From NCBI GenBank assembly GCA_032718475.1, contig JAUCBJ010002777.1, positions 1 to 64,000 on the forward strand: 64,000 bases of DNA, read 5' to 3'. The position numbers and the translations under genes were made by a program. Position 1 is the first letter of the stretch; each line of letters starts with the position of its first letter. The notes beneath the pieces are model-generated. The model made no database searches. It saw nothing but the letters and a program-made list of their open reading frames with translations, and was not told the origin of the DNA. This DNA is from Nemertoderma westbladi. Taxonomy: Eukaryota; Animalia; Xenacoelomorpha. This document shows positions 1 to 11,610 of the stretch, one piece after another.

Positions 1-489
1 ATCTTATGAAGTATCGGAAGAAATAAAAAATTAAATTTAAATGTTGAATTATCGCAGAGTAGGCCTAGAGTTAGTCAATTCTTATGTTATTCTTATGGAA
101 GATCTGCCGTTACGCCACACATAGCCGCTATGATCCCACATCCAGAAGATGAGAGAAAGTCAGTTGCATTAATTTTCTAAAGAATATGCTGTATCTTGAT
201 GGTAATTAAATTCATTTACAGGCCATCACCATAAATCAGGAGCAGAATCATTGAGTAAAGAAGTTGCCCTAGTTTACAGTACAAGGTTGTGTGGCATTCT
301 GATCCTCCCATTGAAACTTTGGAGAAGAGGGATTCGGCAGTGATGTGCTACCATATTGTTGGACACCTTGTTTATTAATGTTTATTTTTTGTTTATATTA
401 TATTACTAATAACATTTCTTTCAGAACCATTTTTTCGCTACGTGTTTATAATTTTAACAGTCCGTTTTGCATATCAGCTAAGACCCTAC

Positions 490-1742
490 GCTTACTGTAG
501 CCCTACTGTAGGCTCCTACTGTAGGCCCCTACTGTAGGCCCCTACTGTAGGCCCCTACTGTAGGCTGTAGCCCTACTGTAGCGGCCCCTACTGTAGGCCC
601 CTACTGTAGGCTCCTACTGTAGGCCCCTACTGTAGGCTTACTGTAGCCCTACTGTAGGCGGCCCTACTGTAGCGGCCCCTACTGTAGCGGCCCCTACTGT
701 AGGCTTCTGTAGCCCCTACTGTAGGCCCCTACTGTAGGCTTACTGTAGCCCCTACTGTAGGCTACTGTAGCCCTACTGTAGGCGTCCCTACTGTAGGCTT
801 ACTGTAGCCCTACTGTAGGCTTCTGTAGCCCTACTGTAGGCCCCTTACTGTAGGCCCTACTGTAGGCCCCTTACTGTAGGCCCCTACTGTAGGCCCCTAC
901 TGTAGGCCCCTACTGTAGCTTACTGGCCCCTACTGTAGGCCCCTACTGTAGGCCCCTACTGTAGGCCCCTACTGTAGGCCCCTACTGTAGCCCCTACTGT
1001 AGGCCCTACTGTAGGCCCCTACTGTAGGCCCCTACTGTAGGCCCCTACTGTAGGCCCCTACTGTAGGCCCCTACTGTAGGCCCCTACTGTAGGCCCCTAC
1101 TGTAGGCCCCTACTGTAGGCCCTACTGTAGGCCCCTACTGTAGGCCCCTACTGTAGGCCCTACTGTAGCCCCTACTGTAGCGGCCCCTACTGTAGCGGCC
1201 CCTACTGTAGGCCCCTTCTGTAGCGGCCCCTACTGTAGGCCCCTTACTGTAGGCCCCTACTGTAGGCCCCTACTGTAGGCCCCTACTGTAGGCCTACTGA
1301 GCCCTACTGTAGGCCCCTACTGTAGGCCCCTACTGTAGGCCCCTACTGTAGCGGCCCCTACTGTAGGCCCCTACTGTAGGCCCCTACTGTAGGCCCCTAC
1401 TGTAGGCCCCTACTGTAGGCTCTACTGTAGCCCCTACTGTAGGCTTCTGTAGCCCCTACTGTAGGCTTCTGTAGCCCTACTGTAGGCCCCTACTGTAGGC
1501 CCCTACTGTAGGCCTCTACTGTAGCCCCTACTGTAGGCCCCTACTGTAGGCCCCTACTGTAGGCCCCTACTGTAGCGGCCCCTACTGTAGGCCCCTACTG
1601 TAGGCCCCTACTGTAGGCCCCTACTGTAGGCCCTACTGTAGGCCCCTACTGTAGGCCCCTACTGTACGGCCCCTACTGTAGGCCCCTACTGTAGGCCCCT
1701 ACTGTAGGCCCTACTGTAGGCCCCTACTGTAGGCTACTGTAG
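490..1742. repeat. Minisatellite, ~13-bp unit GCCCCTACTGTAG with palindromic core CCTAC-T-GTAGG
   Basis: Near-continuous tandem copies of ccctactgtaggc with small indels over ~1.25 kb. Confidence 0.97.
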
Positions 1743-2636
1743 ATGTATGACGTACATGTGTGAACGCCCTCTATTATACAGTTATTTGCCAGGATACACA
1801 TCATAAAATACTACAGTATGCCAAAAGCAATAACTTAGGCATTAAACCCCACGCGGAATCCATGTCCGTGTATGGTTGTGTGTGTAGGCATACTTTTATA
1901 GGCCTGTGTGCCGACACTTACGGCTATACAGTAATACAGTATAATGGAGTCCAGTATGCCAAATAATATGTAACGTATTGTTATCTTAATTATTAATCGT
2001 AAGGTATTGCCAAGTATATTATAAATTAATGAAATATCGGTGACTTTACTTTATTATAAATAAAAAACTACATCACATTAGTTTGTATTTCTCTGTCAAA
2101 TTAAATCTATCTGTTTTTAAGCCTTTAATGTGTTTTATTTATGGGTCTAAAAGTAATCCTACCCTACAATATTTGGGTAAAATTCTATTCTACAAAATTA
2201 ATTTTGGGTTATAAATTTTAAGTAGGTTGTAATACTGTATGAAGACATACATGCATTCCGTCCATGTCTCAAGGTTCTACTGTATATTTCTGGATACACC
2301 CATAACACCTAATCTCATAGCACCAATAACCCGTAGCACCTATAACCCACAACACCTATAACCCACAGCAACGATATCCCGTAGCGTCTATAACCCATAG
2401 CACGTAGAGCATAATTTGTTTGATCGTACGTTTGTATGATTGTTTTGTTAGGGTGGGTTGGTCTGGCACAAAACATAACAAAAGTGTCCTGTAACCCTGA
2501 CGTAAGTCATACAAGTAATCAAATAAATTTAGCGGAATTTCAGATATTTTTGCTTGTGTATGGAATAACGTAATTATGTTTTGCAAACTGTAAACTAAAA
2601 TCTTTTTTTAAAAGATAATTATTTCGAACTAACAAC

Positions 2637-2844
2637 ATGTACACGGCAGCTATTTGCTTTTCCATATTCTGTTTTATTACAAGATGCACAGCCGTCAATT
2701 GGGGTGGAAGTTGTAGCGGCGGAGGTCAGGGAAATTGCGATACCGCCAATATGATATGTTCGGCGGCCGCGACTAAATGCGAATGCAAAGGGGCGACTAC
2801 GGGTGACGGACTCTTCGTACCTAACCAAGCTGGTACAGATTGCG
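2637..2844 (+). CDS. Exon 1 of a secreted/cell-surface Cys-rich protein (signal peptide + EB/EGF-like Cys module)
   Basis: ATG in aacaacATG context. MYTAAICFSIFCFITRCTA is signal-peptide-like and is followed by a six-Cys module containing CxC. Consensus donor G|GTGAGT at 2845, phase 1. Confidence 0.75.
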
Positions 2845-3299
2845 GTGAGTTATATACGTGAGTTATTGTTGGCATAAAGAACAGCAGCTCCTGAAACTGC
2901 TTACCTGCTTGTTACTACTACTAACGGCGTGCTGCATTGCAGCTGCATTATATATATTGTGATTATTATTATAATTTAATAACACCAGGTTCTGGCAAAA
3001 ATTAGGATTAAACTATATTATTATTATTACCAATAAAACTGTAAAATTAAAATAACGTACAATAATATTTAGTTACAAATACAGAAACAACTAAAGGAGC
3101 GGGGGGGGGGGGGGGGGGGGCTTGGGGGAGGGATATCATCACTTCATCAGAGCTCAAACATGCAGTGGTTTCGTGTTTTTATTACAAGACACAATGTGGT
3201 ATTGGTCAGCCGGTTCGCCACGAAGATTACACAAGATCGGTAGTGCTGTGATAAGTCTTTGTTTTACAAACCACATTATCTACATATATTGCATATATA

Positions 3300-3668
3300 T
3301 TAAGAATGCTGTACCGGCTTGACAATAAAATTTCGCCACCACAACTCCATACCCCCCCACCTGATTTCCGGGAGATTTTCCGCATCTTCAAGACCAGTGT
3401 CCTTTAAGATGCGTCTCAAGAAAGTCATGGGCTGTCCACCATGCTTATTCACTCCATGAGGCTGCCAAAGTACAAGATTATGCACTGGCTGGTCCTCACG
3501 GTGAAAGCAATGTCCTGCAAAGCTGGGGCGATTTTGTTCTAGTGTCAAGCTTGGGGGAACTAATGAGACACGTTATATAGTGTCTGGTGTGTTCACACGT
3601 GTGGTCACATGTTATATAGTGTCTGGTTGGAGATGTGTGCATTGTACTTGACACAATGAACCCGGGGT
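3300..3668 (-). mobile_element. RTE-clade LINE 3' fragment
   Basis: TLEQNRPSFAGHCFHREDQPVHNLVLWQPHG...; near-identical to the copies at 53850-54090 and 59968-60300. The matching 3' tail (gctgcattgcagctgcatt) lies at ~2925-2948, separated by a ~350-bp insert. Confidence 0.85.
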
Positions 3669-3742
3669 AGCATTCTTGTACATATAAGTGCCACCCAGAT
3701 ATTTATAACTTGTGTTGGGCACAACTTCGCAATGTCGGTAAT

Positions 3743-3814
3743 GAGGTCCAGGAGGGATCGAACTAGTGACCTCATATTTCGAAGTCTGACGTTCTAAACA
3801 TTCAGCTAGAGGCT
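3743..3814 (-). mobile_element. tRNA-derived SINE head / tRNA pseudogene (Arg-TCG-like)
   Basis: The reverse complement shows A-box-like TAGCTGAATG, an anticodon arm gacTTCGAaat and B-box AGTTCGATCC. Stems are imperfect. Confidence 0.55.
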
Positions 3815-4834
3815 TAGGTAAAAGGTAGACCTGTAAAATTGTACTACGTGATAGTCTGTCCGCAATTTAATCAAAAAAATCAATGGCCTCCCATCTGTCA
3901 ATTCCATCATCTGCCTCAACTGTGCTAATTGCTTAGTCCTAATGTACTTGGTCGCCTTGGCTGTCCCAGATATTTGGAATACTCAGCAATTAGTTCAGCA
4001 TTGATCAGCATTGTATCGGACCTTGTTATATAAGCAAGGTTTTGGTTGCGAGGGAACTGTTGGTTACCTAGCAACAGTGAAATTAATTATAGAATGACCG
4101 ATCATATTCGTAGAATTTACTCAATCAAAATTCCGTCGACACCCCGTAGGGAGCATCTATTGGACATGCTTTCTGCAAAATTCCGCTTTATTTCGTTTAG
4201 AAATGTAGGAGAATATACATTTCTTACTAACAGTGTAATCTAAAAGTACAATATACTTTAATACTTTTGTATATGTGTTTAACATCCATAGATTGTATAA
4301 ATTATTAAGTAATTTAACAGGACTAAGGATGATCCAACTCTATAGCAAATGGAGCGGAAAAAATGAATTCGTCACCAGCGGGGATCGAACCCGATAAACG
4401 TTCAGGTATGCTAACCACTACACCACGGAGGCTCCTGCATCTTTCCGATTGATTTGCTATAGGTGGTAAGCTACCTTACGGTTGCTATTGAATACAGTCC
4501 TCCTTACGGATGGATTTAACCTTTATTTTAATACAGTAGCATACAGATGCAGGAGCCTCCGCGGTGTAGTGGTTAGTATTATGTTTACAAAGTATTTATT
4601 TGATATTCAAGATACTAATAATTATCTCTCCATCCCTGTCCTATATACATACACAAGTGAACACATACAATAGCACTATCAGCTGTACGGCATCCTAATG
4701 TAATTGACTACTATTAATAATGTAAATAATGTCCCTCCACCAATACCAATAAATGATATCATACCAAGTCCTCTTTTTTGAGATCTACAGTGTGCAAAGT
4801 ACAAAGTGTCCAATATCCGTTGGGGAAAGCAGAT

Positions 4835-7790
4835 CTAGCAACCTCCCAGTTTATGGTACTGTAATCGGTCTGGCTTGATGTGTGGACGATTACTACGCCA
4901 TACAGTATCTGCGACTTTTGGTTTGGTATTCGATAGTTGATTATTATCTGGAGGAGATTGCAGTAACTCTTTCTGAACTGCACGTATATGGGCCCGATTG
5001 CGCCAATAGAAGTCGTCCTGATGGGAATCGTAGTCGGTATCGACGGTGGTTTGTTGTTCCCACAACGATTGCCAGTCTATCCCAACGTTTTGAAATAACA
5101 TCATGTACGAGTACGGTTGCGCCTTCCACTATATTTGTGAGGGCGACAGCTGAATGGTCAAAATAAAATTTATGTTTCTCTGACGTATTCAATCGGCTAT
5201 GATCTGCTGAATCAGCATTTTTCTGCCACTCAGGTGAATAAGCTTTCCAATGCGCGGGTAAAAGGGAGCGTAGTGGATGGCCATATAATCGCTGTGCTGG
5301 CGATAATCCGTCCTCATTTGGGGTGTTATGTAACTCTAATAAACCGGCTGAGAAATCTTTACTATAAATCTCGCCACCAGTTTTCGCCAATAAAAGTTTT
5401 ACTTTTTTCACATTAACTTCCGCATGACAGTTTCCAATAGGGTGATACGGCGAAGACGGGTTCCATTTAACACCCCAGTTCTGAAAGAAACAACGTGTTT
5501 GTTCTGCAGTAAACTGAGTGATGGCTGGCATGCAGCTTTCGCAAAACATCTTTTATGGCTGACTGTGGTATAACTATCTGTTGACCTCTAAGTATAAGGC
5601 CATCTTTAACAGAAAGTTCGTTTTGTGATTTTTTGAATTGATTGATATATTTGTTATCGACGTTAGCAAAACTATTTACTATCGCGTTTATAAGCTGCTG
5701 ATAATCGGGATCTAAGTGGGCGGATTCCTGAAATTTTTATAGAGTTAAGTCAGGGATGTTATGTACGGCTTCTTCTATAGCATTGACAAATAAAACTTCC
5801 TGCTCAATTGCTAATGATTCAGACTCTTCGTTTTCAATATCTATATCCTCGATGGGAGCACGGGAGAGGTCATCTGGGATCGCATGGTCTTTCCCCTTTT
5901 TCCAAATAACATTGAATGTGTATGGCGTCAATTTGGATCGATATTTTAATACCCGGTTATTATCGATATCAACTAATCCATATTTATTAAAAATGGACAC
6001 CAAAGGTTGGTGATCTGTAATCACAGTGAAATCAGGGAGTCCTCCCAAATATAAATGGCATTTTCTAGTCGACCACAAAATTGCCAACGCTTCAAGTTCC
6101 AGCATCGCGTATCTTGTCTCTGCATCCTTTAAAAAACGGCTTCCACACTGGATGAGTCTCCATTTATCGGATTGTTTTTGTAACAAAACAAACCCGAGTC
6201 CATACTTCCTTGAAGCATCAGTTTGGAGGACTGTCTCACATGAGGGGTCAAACATTCCCAATATCGGCGGAGACACTAAAAGTTTTGTAACTTCTTTGAA
6301 AGCAATGGAATGCTCTATTAACCAATTGAATTCATTTTTTGTGCTGATTAGATCCCGTAATGGGCTTACTGCAGCTGCTATTTGAGAACTGAACGAGCCC
6401 AATTGGTTTACAAGACCAAGAAAACTACGTAATTCGAAATTGTTGGAAATTCTGCAATGGCTTTTAATTTTGTACCATTAACTGAAATATTACCATGAGA
6501 AATTCTGTAGCCGACAAATTCGATTTCTTCCGCGCAGAGGATTGGTTTATGTTTACTAACAGTGATGTTATGTCGTGCACATCGTTCTAGAACATTACAC
6601 AATCGAATGAGGCTATGTAATGTAGGGGCACCTATACCAATATCATCGATTACCTTTTGTACATTTAAGTCTATAAGTGCACAATCCCCACGGAAGGAGT
6701 AGCTGTCTCCTGTGGAAACAAAACCCATTGGTGACCGAAGAAATTTAAATTTGCCGAAAGGGGTTATAAAAATCGTCAAATTTTGAGCTGAAAAATCGAG
6801 AGGCATTTGCCAATAACGTTTCACAAAATCTAGTTTGGCAAAAAACTTGTCATCATTGGTAAATCCCGCAATAGCCTCTATGGGAGTTTTGGTGTGGTAA
6901 GATGTTCTCAGCACTTGTGCATTTAATTTCGTAACATCGACGCAAAATCGAATGTCCCCATTTGGTTTGGGTGTCACTACAATAGGGTGGCACCACTCAG
7001 TTGGCACATCACCCACAGGTTCGATAATCTTACTCTGTACCATGTAATCAAGGTTTTCCTTAACCTTATCTCGTATGGCATATGGGATAAGTCGTGCTGT
7101 GTGTACAGCGTAAGGTTTGGCGTCGGGTTTGAGTGTGATTGACATGGGGGATCCTACTATTTTACCTTTCATTGGGCGTAGTGTATCAGTGGCATTAAAT
7201 ACTTCTGAATATACTGAAAGGAATTTTTCAGTTATTTCATCACTGGTTTTTCGTAACAAGTGATCGTCTTCGGGAAGTGTTTTAATCGAAGTCTCCCGGT
7301 CTGACCAAGTTTCAGAAACATCATTTGCTATGTCGGTGGCGATAGGACTAACTTTAGTGATCTCGTCTACAATGTATAGCTGTTCATGGTCACTACCAAT
7401 ATTATTTATAGTGAGAGCATGTTCCATAGGATGTGGAAATGTTGGACTTACAATTGTTAGGTTTCTGCAAGTCTCCAGTGATAAGTAGCAACCAATGACG
7501 TCAAATCAAACAACAAATACTGTTGTCGCTGAATGGTCACCAACAACAACAGTCGCCATAAAAGTACCTGCCTGTTCTAGAACGTTTCCACCCACAGCTA
7601 CAATACGGCACTTTAACTTATCCTCAAGTTTTATATAATTTGCTAAACCGGATGAATTAAATATATCAACACTCATTACAGTTGCTCCGGCTCCTGTATC
7701 TGGCAGGACAGCTATGTCTGGGGTAAAATTTATTGTGGAGTATCTGGTGTAAAGTTTACCACAAGGAGTGGTTGTGATGCCTTTCTAATA
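4835..7790 (-). pseudogene. pol: Gypsy pol, frameshifted and partly deleted (protease, RT, RNase H, partial integrase)
   Basis: Protease VLPDTGAG near 7700. RT WCHPIVVTPKPNGDIRFCVD...YWQMPL...VIDDI. RNase H LQTDAS...YAMLELEALA...TDHQPL. Integrase SSPYHPIGNCHAE. Split over several ORFs. Confidence 0.92.
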
Positions 7791-7858
7791 GCTTGAAACA
7801 ATATTTGTTTTTCACATTCGTTATTTAGTATATGATACTTTTGAAGAACATTGACACA

Positions 7859-9076
7859 TTAATCAGAATTCTCAACTTCATAAATGTCATCACAACTATC
7901 ATCATCATTTTCGATCTCATCAGCTAACATTGCCATAGAAGCGAATCTAGATGGGCACACAGTTGAAAAATGACCAGTGCAAGAACATGAAACACATCTA
8001 GCATTGCTTGCTAGACATTTATTAGCTGGATGTGATCGTTGCCCACATCGACTACACCTTTGGTTGTTGCTATCAACAGTCTTATTTTTAACTGATGTGT
8101 TGTTATGCGCTGGCTCATTATATGACTTATCTGGCTCAACCACTTTACATTTATTTTTACGTTTACTGTAGTCTGTTCTACCTGCATTAACCAATTTGTC
8201 ATCTATAGGGTAAGAAGAAGACTGGCATAAAGATTTAGTTGCTTTACGAGCTGACTCTAATGATATATTAAACTTACGTGATTCGATGAAAGAGAGAGGA
8301 GGGTCTTTGGCAATCAATTTTTCTTTGTCATCTTCATTCACCATTGCTAGAATAAGCAATGCGGGATGTAGCCGATCTCTAGTCACCGCACTGGTATTAG
8401 CATACTCCCCAAGTTCATGGATTTCAATGCAAATCGATGTATAGTTCTGCCCGTCTTTCTGACGTACTGACAATAACGCTCGCCAATCTAAATTGGCATT
8501 ACGCAGTGAACGCAGGTGATCACGTATCCGATCGTGTATTTCGTTAATATCGAGCTCTGTATCGGCGGGAATAGCCAGAGTGCGGTTGATTATTGTTATA
8601 AAACCGTGTGAACAGCAATCCCAAAACGCTGCAATACGTATTTCATGTGAACGCGAATTGAGATCTAATAAGCTTGAATAATTATGCCAGAGGGGGCTCC
8701 ATTCTTGGAAGCGTCGGAAGTCAGTGTCACTTTCCAGAGTTAGAGGCCGCCGGGCGGTAATCTTAGGTAAATCCGTGTTGGCTCTCCTCCCAGCAGTAAC
8801 TGGGGCTAAGCCACGTGGAGCTGCAGCAGCTGCGGCAGCTATGGCGATTTCACGTTCCTGACGACCCTTTGCTGTAGCTTCAAACTCAGCCAACTTTTCC
8901 TGGGCTTCAAGAAGACGTTCTTCCATATCCTCAATATCTTTATCACCATCATCTGGTTTATATTCGGGATGACACACTATACCGGTATCCGATTCCCGAA
9001 ACCGTTCGAACTTCTTCGTCCAGTCGATAATGCGTGTTGATATTGACGTGGGAAATAAGCGTTCATCTATTGCCAA
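7859..9076 (-). CDS. gag: Gypsy Gag with two CCHC knuckles
   Basis: CSRCGQRSHPANKC and CVSCSCTGHFSTVC; located directly after the PBS. Confidence 0.85.
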   Translation of the reverse strand: MAIDERLFPTSISTRIIDWTKKFERFRESDTGIVCHPEYKPDDGDKDIEDMEERLLEAQEKLAEFEATAKGRQEREIAIAAAAAAAPRGLAPVTAGRRANTDLPKITARRPLTLESDTDFRRFQEWSPLWHNYSSLLDLNSRSHEIRIAAFWDCCSHGFITIINRTLAIPADTELDINEIHDRIRDHLRSLRNANLDWRALLSVRQKDGQNYTSICIEIHELGEYANTSAVTRDRLHPALLILAMVNEDDKEKLIAKDPPLSFIESRKFNISLESARKATKSLCQSSSYPIDDKLVNAGRTDYSKRKNKCKVVEPDKSYNEPAHNNTSVKNKTVDSNNQRCSRCGQRSHPANKCLASNARCVSCSCTGHFSTVCPSRFASMAMLADEIENDDDSCDDIYEVENSD

Positions 9077-9353
9077 CGCTTCATATTTCCTAATAAATAG
9101 TATCCAGACCCGCGTTACACGCCCTTGTCACAGACGCTTTGTATCCACGCCGGGAAGCTTTCAAGCTTTGAATATCTAACTTCGACGCCGTATAATTTGT
9201 TTAAAATTTATATTTATTGCAACTAATTACACTAAACAGTACAGTTTCTTAATTGCAAATGTAATATAACAATGTTGATTATTTATGAGAAAGCACACTG
9301 CGCCATATTATGTTTACAAAGTATTTATTTGATATTCAAGATACTATATAATT

Positions 9354-9950
9354 TTTTTTTTTTTTTTTTTTAAACACAATCTTTGCAGTGTATATTCATT
9401 ATCAAATTACTTGTTTAACAAATTAAGTATTATAGTCAAACAGGTATTAAGTTAAACCAATGCAGCTGCCTAAAGTTAGTTATTCTAATAATGCCCGAAA
9501 AGGCGGTTAGACTATGTAGTACAGTAGAGTTTAATCTACCACCCGTCTATACGTGCCTCCGCCACCGCTGCGCTGATGCCAGTCTCCCTCAAGCTACGCG
9601 AGTTCAACTTTGCCCTTGAACTCCGTGCGCCCCTCAAGCACATTATTGATGCCCGTAGTAGGGCAAAACTAAGTCGGGCTCTGATAAATGCCAGAGTGGT
9701 GGAATAGGGGCTTTTGCGCTTTGTCGAGAGAAGCAATGCGATTCTGTTTAACAGCGCGTGCGATGCTCTGCTTGCTCCGCCAGTTGTAGCCATAACAAAT
9801 GGCGAAAAGCCAGCATGCTCGATCTCGTTAATTCTTTGTTCGTATTTTCTTCGCTTTTCTCGCTCGTGTTTGTTATACGAAGCATCGATAGAGCGTGGGT
9901 TTGACGAGCATAAAGGGTTAAAGACTTTTACGTCCACAAACACACGTTTG
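9354..9950 (-). mobile_element. 5'-truncated CRE-like (restriction-like endonuclease) non-LTR retrotransposon inserted in the Gypsy 5' LTR
   Basis: Poly(T) at ~9352-9371 is the poly(A) tail on the minus strand. ~16-bp TSD AAGATACTATATAATT (9338-9353, 9951-9966). ORF FVDVKVFNP...HEREKRRKY...FSPFVMATTGG...RLSFALLRASIMCLRG. Confidence 0.85.
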
Positions 9951-10394
9951 AAGATACTATATAATTATCTCTCCATCCCTGTCCTATATACATACACAAG
10001 TGAACACATACAATAGCACTATCAGCTGTACGGCATCCTAATGTAATTGACTACTATTAATAATGTAAATAATGTCCCTCCACCAATACCAATAAATGAT
10101 ATCATACCAGTTAGCATACCTGAACGTTTATCGGGAGACGCGGGTTCGATCCACACTGGTGGCAAATTCATTTTTTCCGCTCCATCTGCTATAGAGTTGG
10201 ATCATCCTTAGTCCTGTTTAATTACTTAATATAATTCTCTAATACTATTGTGTACTTTGCCTAATGTTGCGTTTTTCGTTATTAGGCTTCTCTGCATAGG
10301 CGCGTATATTATTACAACAATATTGGTAACATTGGATCCGTCCATTATTGCCAGCTTTCGCTTCTCATAAATAAAAGTCGATTTATTGTTGCAG

Positions 10395-10603
10395 TTGATT
10401 GCACAGCCGGTACAGCCAAGAGTTGCGGTGACGAGGGTGACCTCGGGTATTGTAACTGGTCGAGTAAACGATGCGAGTGCATACAACGAGACGGGAAGGA
10501 AGTGTTCAACCCGTCCGCGGATTACGCAACTAAATCGTTCGTCTGTAAGGCGCCGGGGGGACCGCCTGACTGCAGAACAACTGGATCCAGTGATTTGTTC
10601 AAG
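10395..10603 (+). CDS. Exon 2 of the Cys-rich protein gene (not shown in this frame in the ORF track)
   Basis: Acceptor ttattgttgcag| at 10394. The phase-1 reading is stop-free: (V)DCTAGTAKSCGDEGDLGYCNWSSKRCECIQRDGKEVFNPSADYATKSFVCKAPGGPPDCRTTGSSDLFK. Donor AAG|GTAGTA, phase 0. Confidence 0.75.
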
Positions 10604-11109
10604 GTAGTAATCAATCGTGTTCTAAAATGTTTTCTAATAATTATGTAAATTCTATATAATGATTAATTAAATTCTTAATTCCTTTGGTTAAATTTGTAGT
10701 GTCCTTCATTAAAATATGCATTTAAATGAATTAGCCCACATGGAGGACTCGATATCACAAATACATTAGACAAAGACTGCAACACGATTAGGACTACAGT
10801 ACTGTACGGCCAAAATTATTACCAAAATACTTTATAAAACATAATAGCCCCACGTAAACCAAGGGCATACAGTGTGAGAAGAACATGGCCAACAGGCCCA
10901 ATTCTACAACTTGCGACATCGGAAACATAAAATTATGCGAATGCAGTGCCACCACGCACAGGCCCGATGGATGAGTCTAGCCGGTGGCCTACAGTACTAA
11001 CAGCAGGTGATGGAGAAGGTAACTCCACCTACAGTCCCTATCTCATTCTGAATATCAATATAAATATGAATATTAATTAAAATTAATTAAAATATGAATA
11101 TTAATATGA

Positions 11110-11610
11110 TGATGGGGTGATGATAACTCCACCTAGTTGCTCAAGAAGTCGACGAAATCCTGCCGAGTACCTAACCGATCTAGACTTTGCTGATGACTTA
11201 GGAGTACTCTCAGAATCACTAGAGGGAGCCCAACGGCTCCTCAGCTCATTAGAACATGCTGCTTCTAGTGTTGGTCTTTTTATTAACTCCAGAAAGACCA
11301 AAGTTTTGACAGTTAACTTTGAAAGTTCTCAGCAAGTCTCTGATCGGATGAGCATAAGTTCAAAGGATGGTATGCTTGAGCATGTGGACGACTTCTGCTA
11401 ACTGGGATCATTGATCCGGAAGTCAGGTGAGGACCTTCGAATACGTAAGGGAAAGGCATGGGCAGCCTTGAATAGGCTCTCCAGGATTTGGAAGTCACCG
11501 AGAATTAATCGGAAACTTAAGGTCCGATTATTTAGAGCAGCAGTAGTTCCAGTTCTCCTCTATGGGAGTCCATGCTGGGCTATAACTGCCAAGGATACCA
11601 AATCTCGGGA
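11110..11610 (+). mobile_element. RTE-clade LINE reverse transcriptase fragment
   Basis: LTDLDFADDLGVLS...GLFINSRKTK...RKGKAWAALNRLSRIW...VVPVLLYGS, with stops. Confidence 0.9.

Larger units (their letters stand above)
4577..10109 (-). mobile_element. Ty3/Gypsy LTR retrotransposon (Mag-like), decayed
   Basis: ~190-bp LTRs at 4577-4766 and 9306-10109 (the latter interrupted). 5-bp TSD GTTAG (4572-4576, 10110-10114). On the minus strand: PBS TGGCGCAGT, PPT AAAAAAGAGGACT, and gag-PR-RT-RH-IN order. Confidence 0.95.
4303..10231. mobile_element. Inverted pair of tRNA-like units (arms 4303-4442 and 4545-4576 + 10115-10231), right arm split by the Gypsy insertion
   Basis: The arms are reverse complements. 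Each has A-box GGTGTAGTGGTTAG, B-box GGTTCGATCC and a following T6 run; the spacer is ~100 bp. Confidence 0.75.

Noticed and set aside
1-380. Possible degenerate coding tail at the window start
   Set aside because: Frames are broken by stops and no motif could be assigned with confidence.
3101-3120. Long G/C homopolymers (also 13266, 20474, 30755, 38689) as G-quadruplex signals
   Set aside because: Common in this genome's repeats and length-unreliable in assemblies; no specific evidence of function.
4545-10170. Functional tRNA gene
   Set aside because: Anticodon loop lacks U33 and the acceptor stem is imperfect; one copy is deleted and the other interrupted.
10386-10607. 73-aa ORF MLQLIAQPVQ... 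in the ORF track
   Set aside because: Wrong frame; the Cys-rich phase-1 frame fits the splice sites and neighbouring exons.
10920-11035. Possible RTE 5' UTR fragment or hammerhead-like motif
   Set aside because: Only loose resemblance; no CTGATGA...GAAA core with supporting stems.
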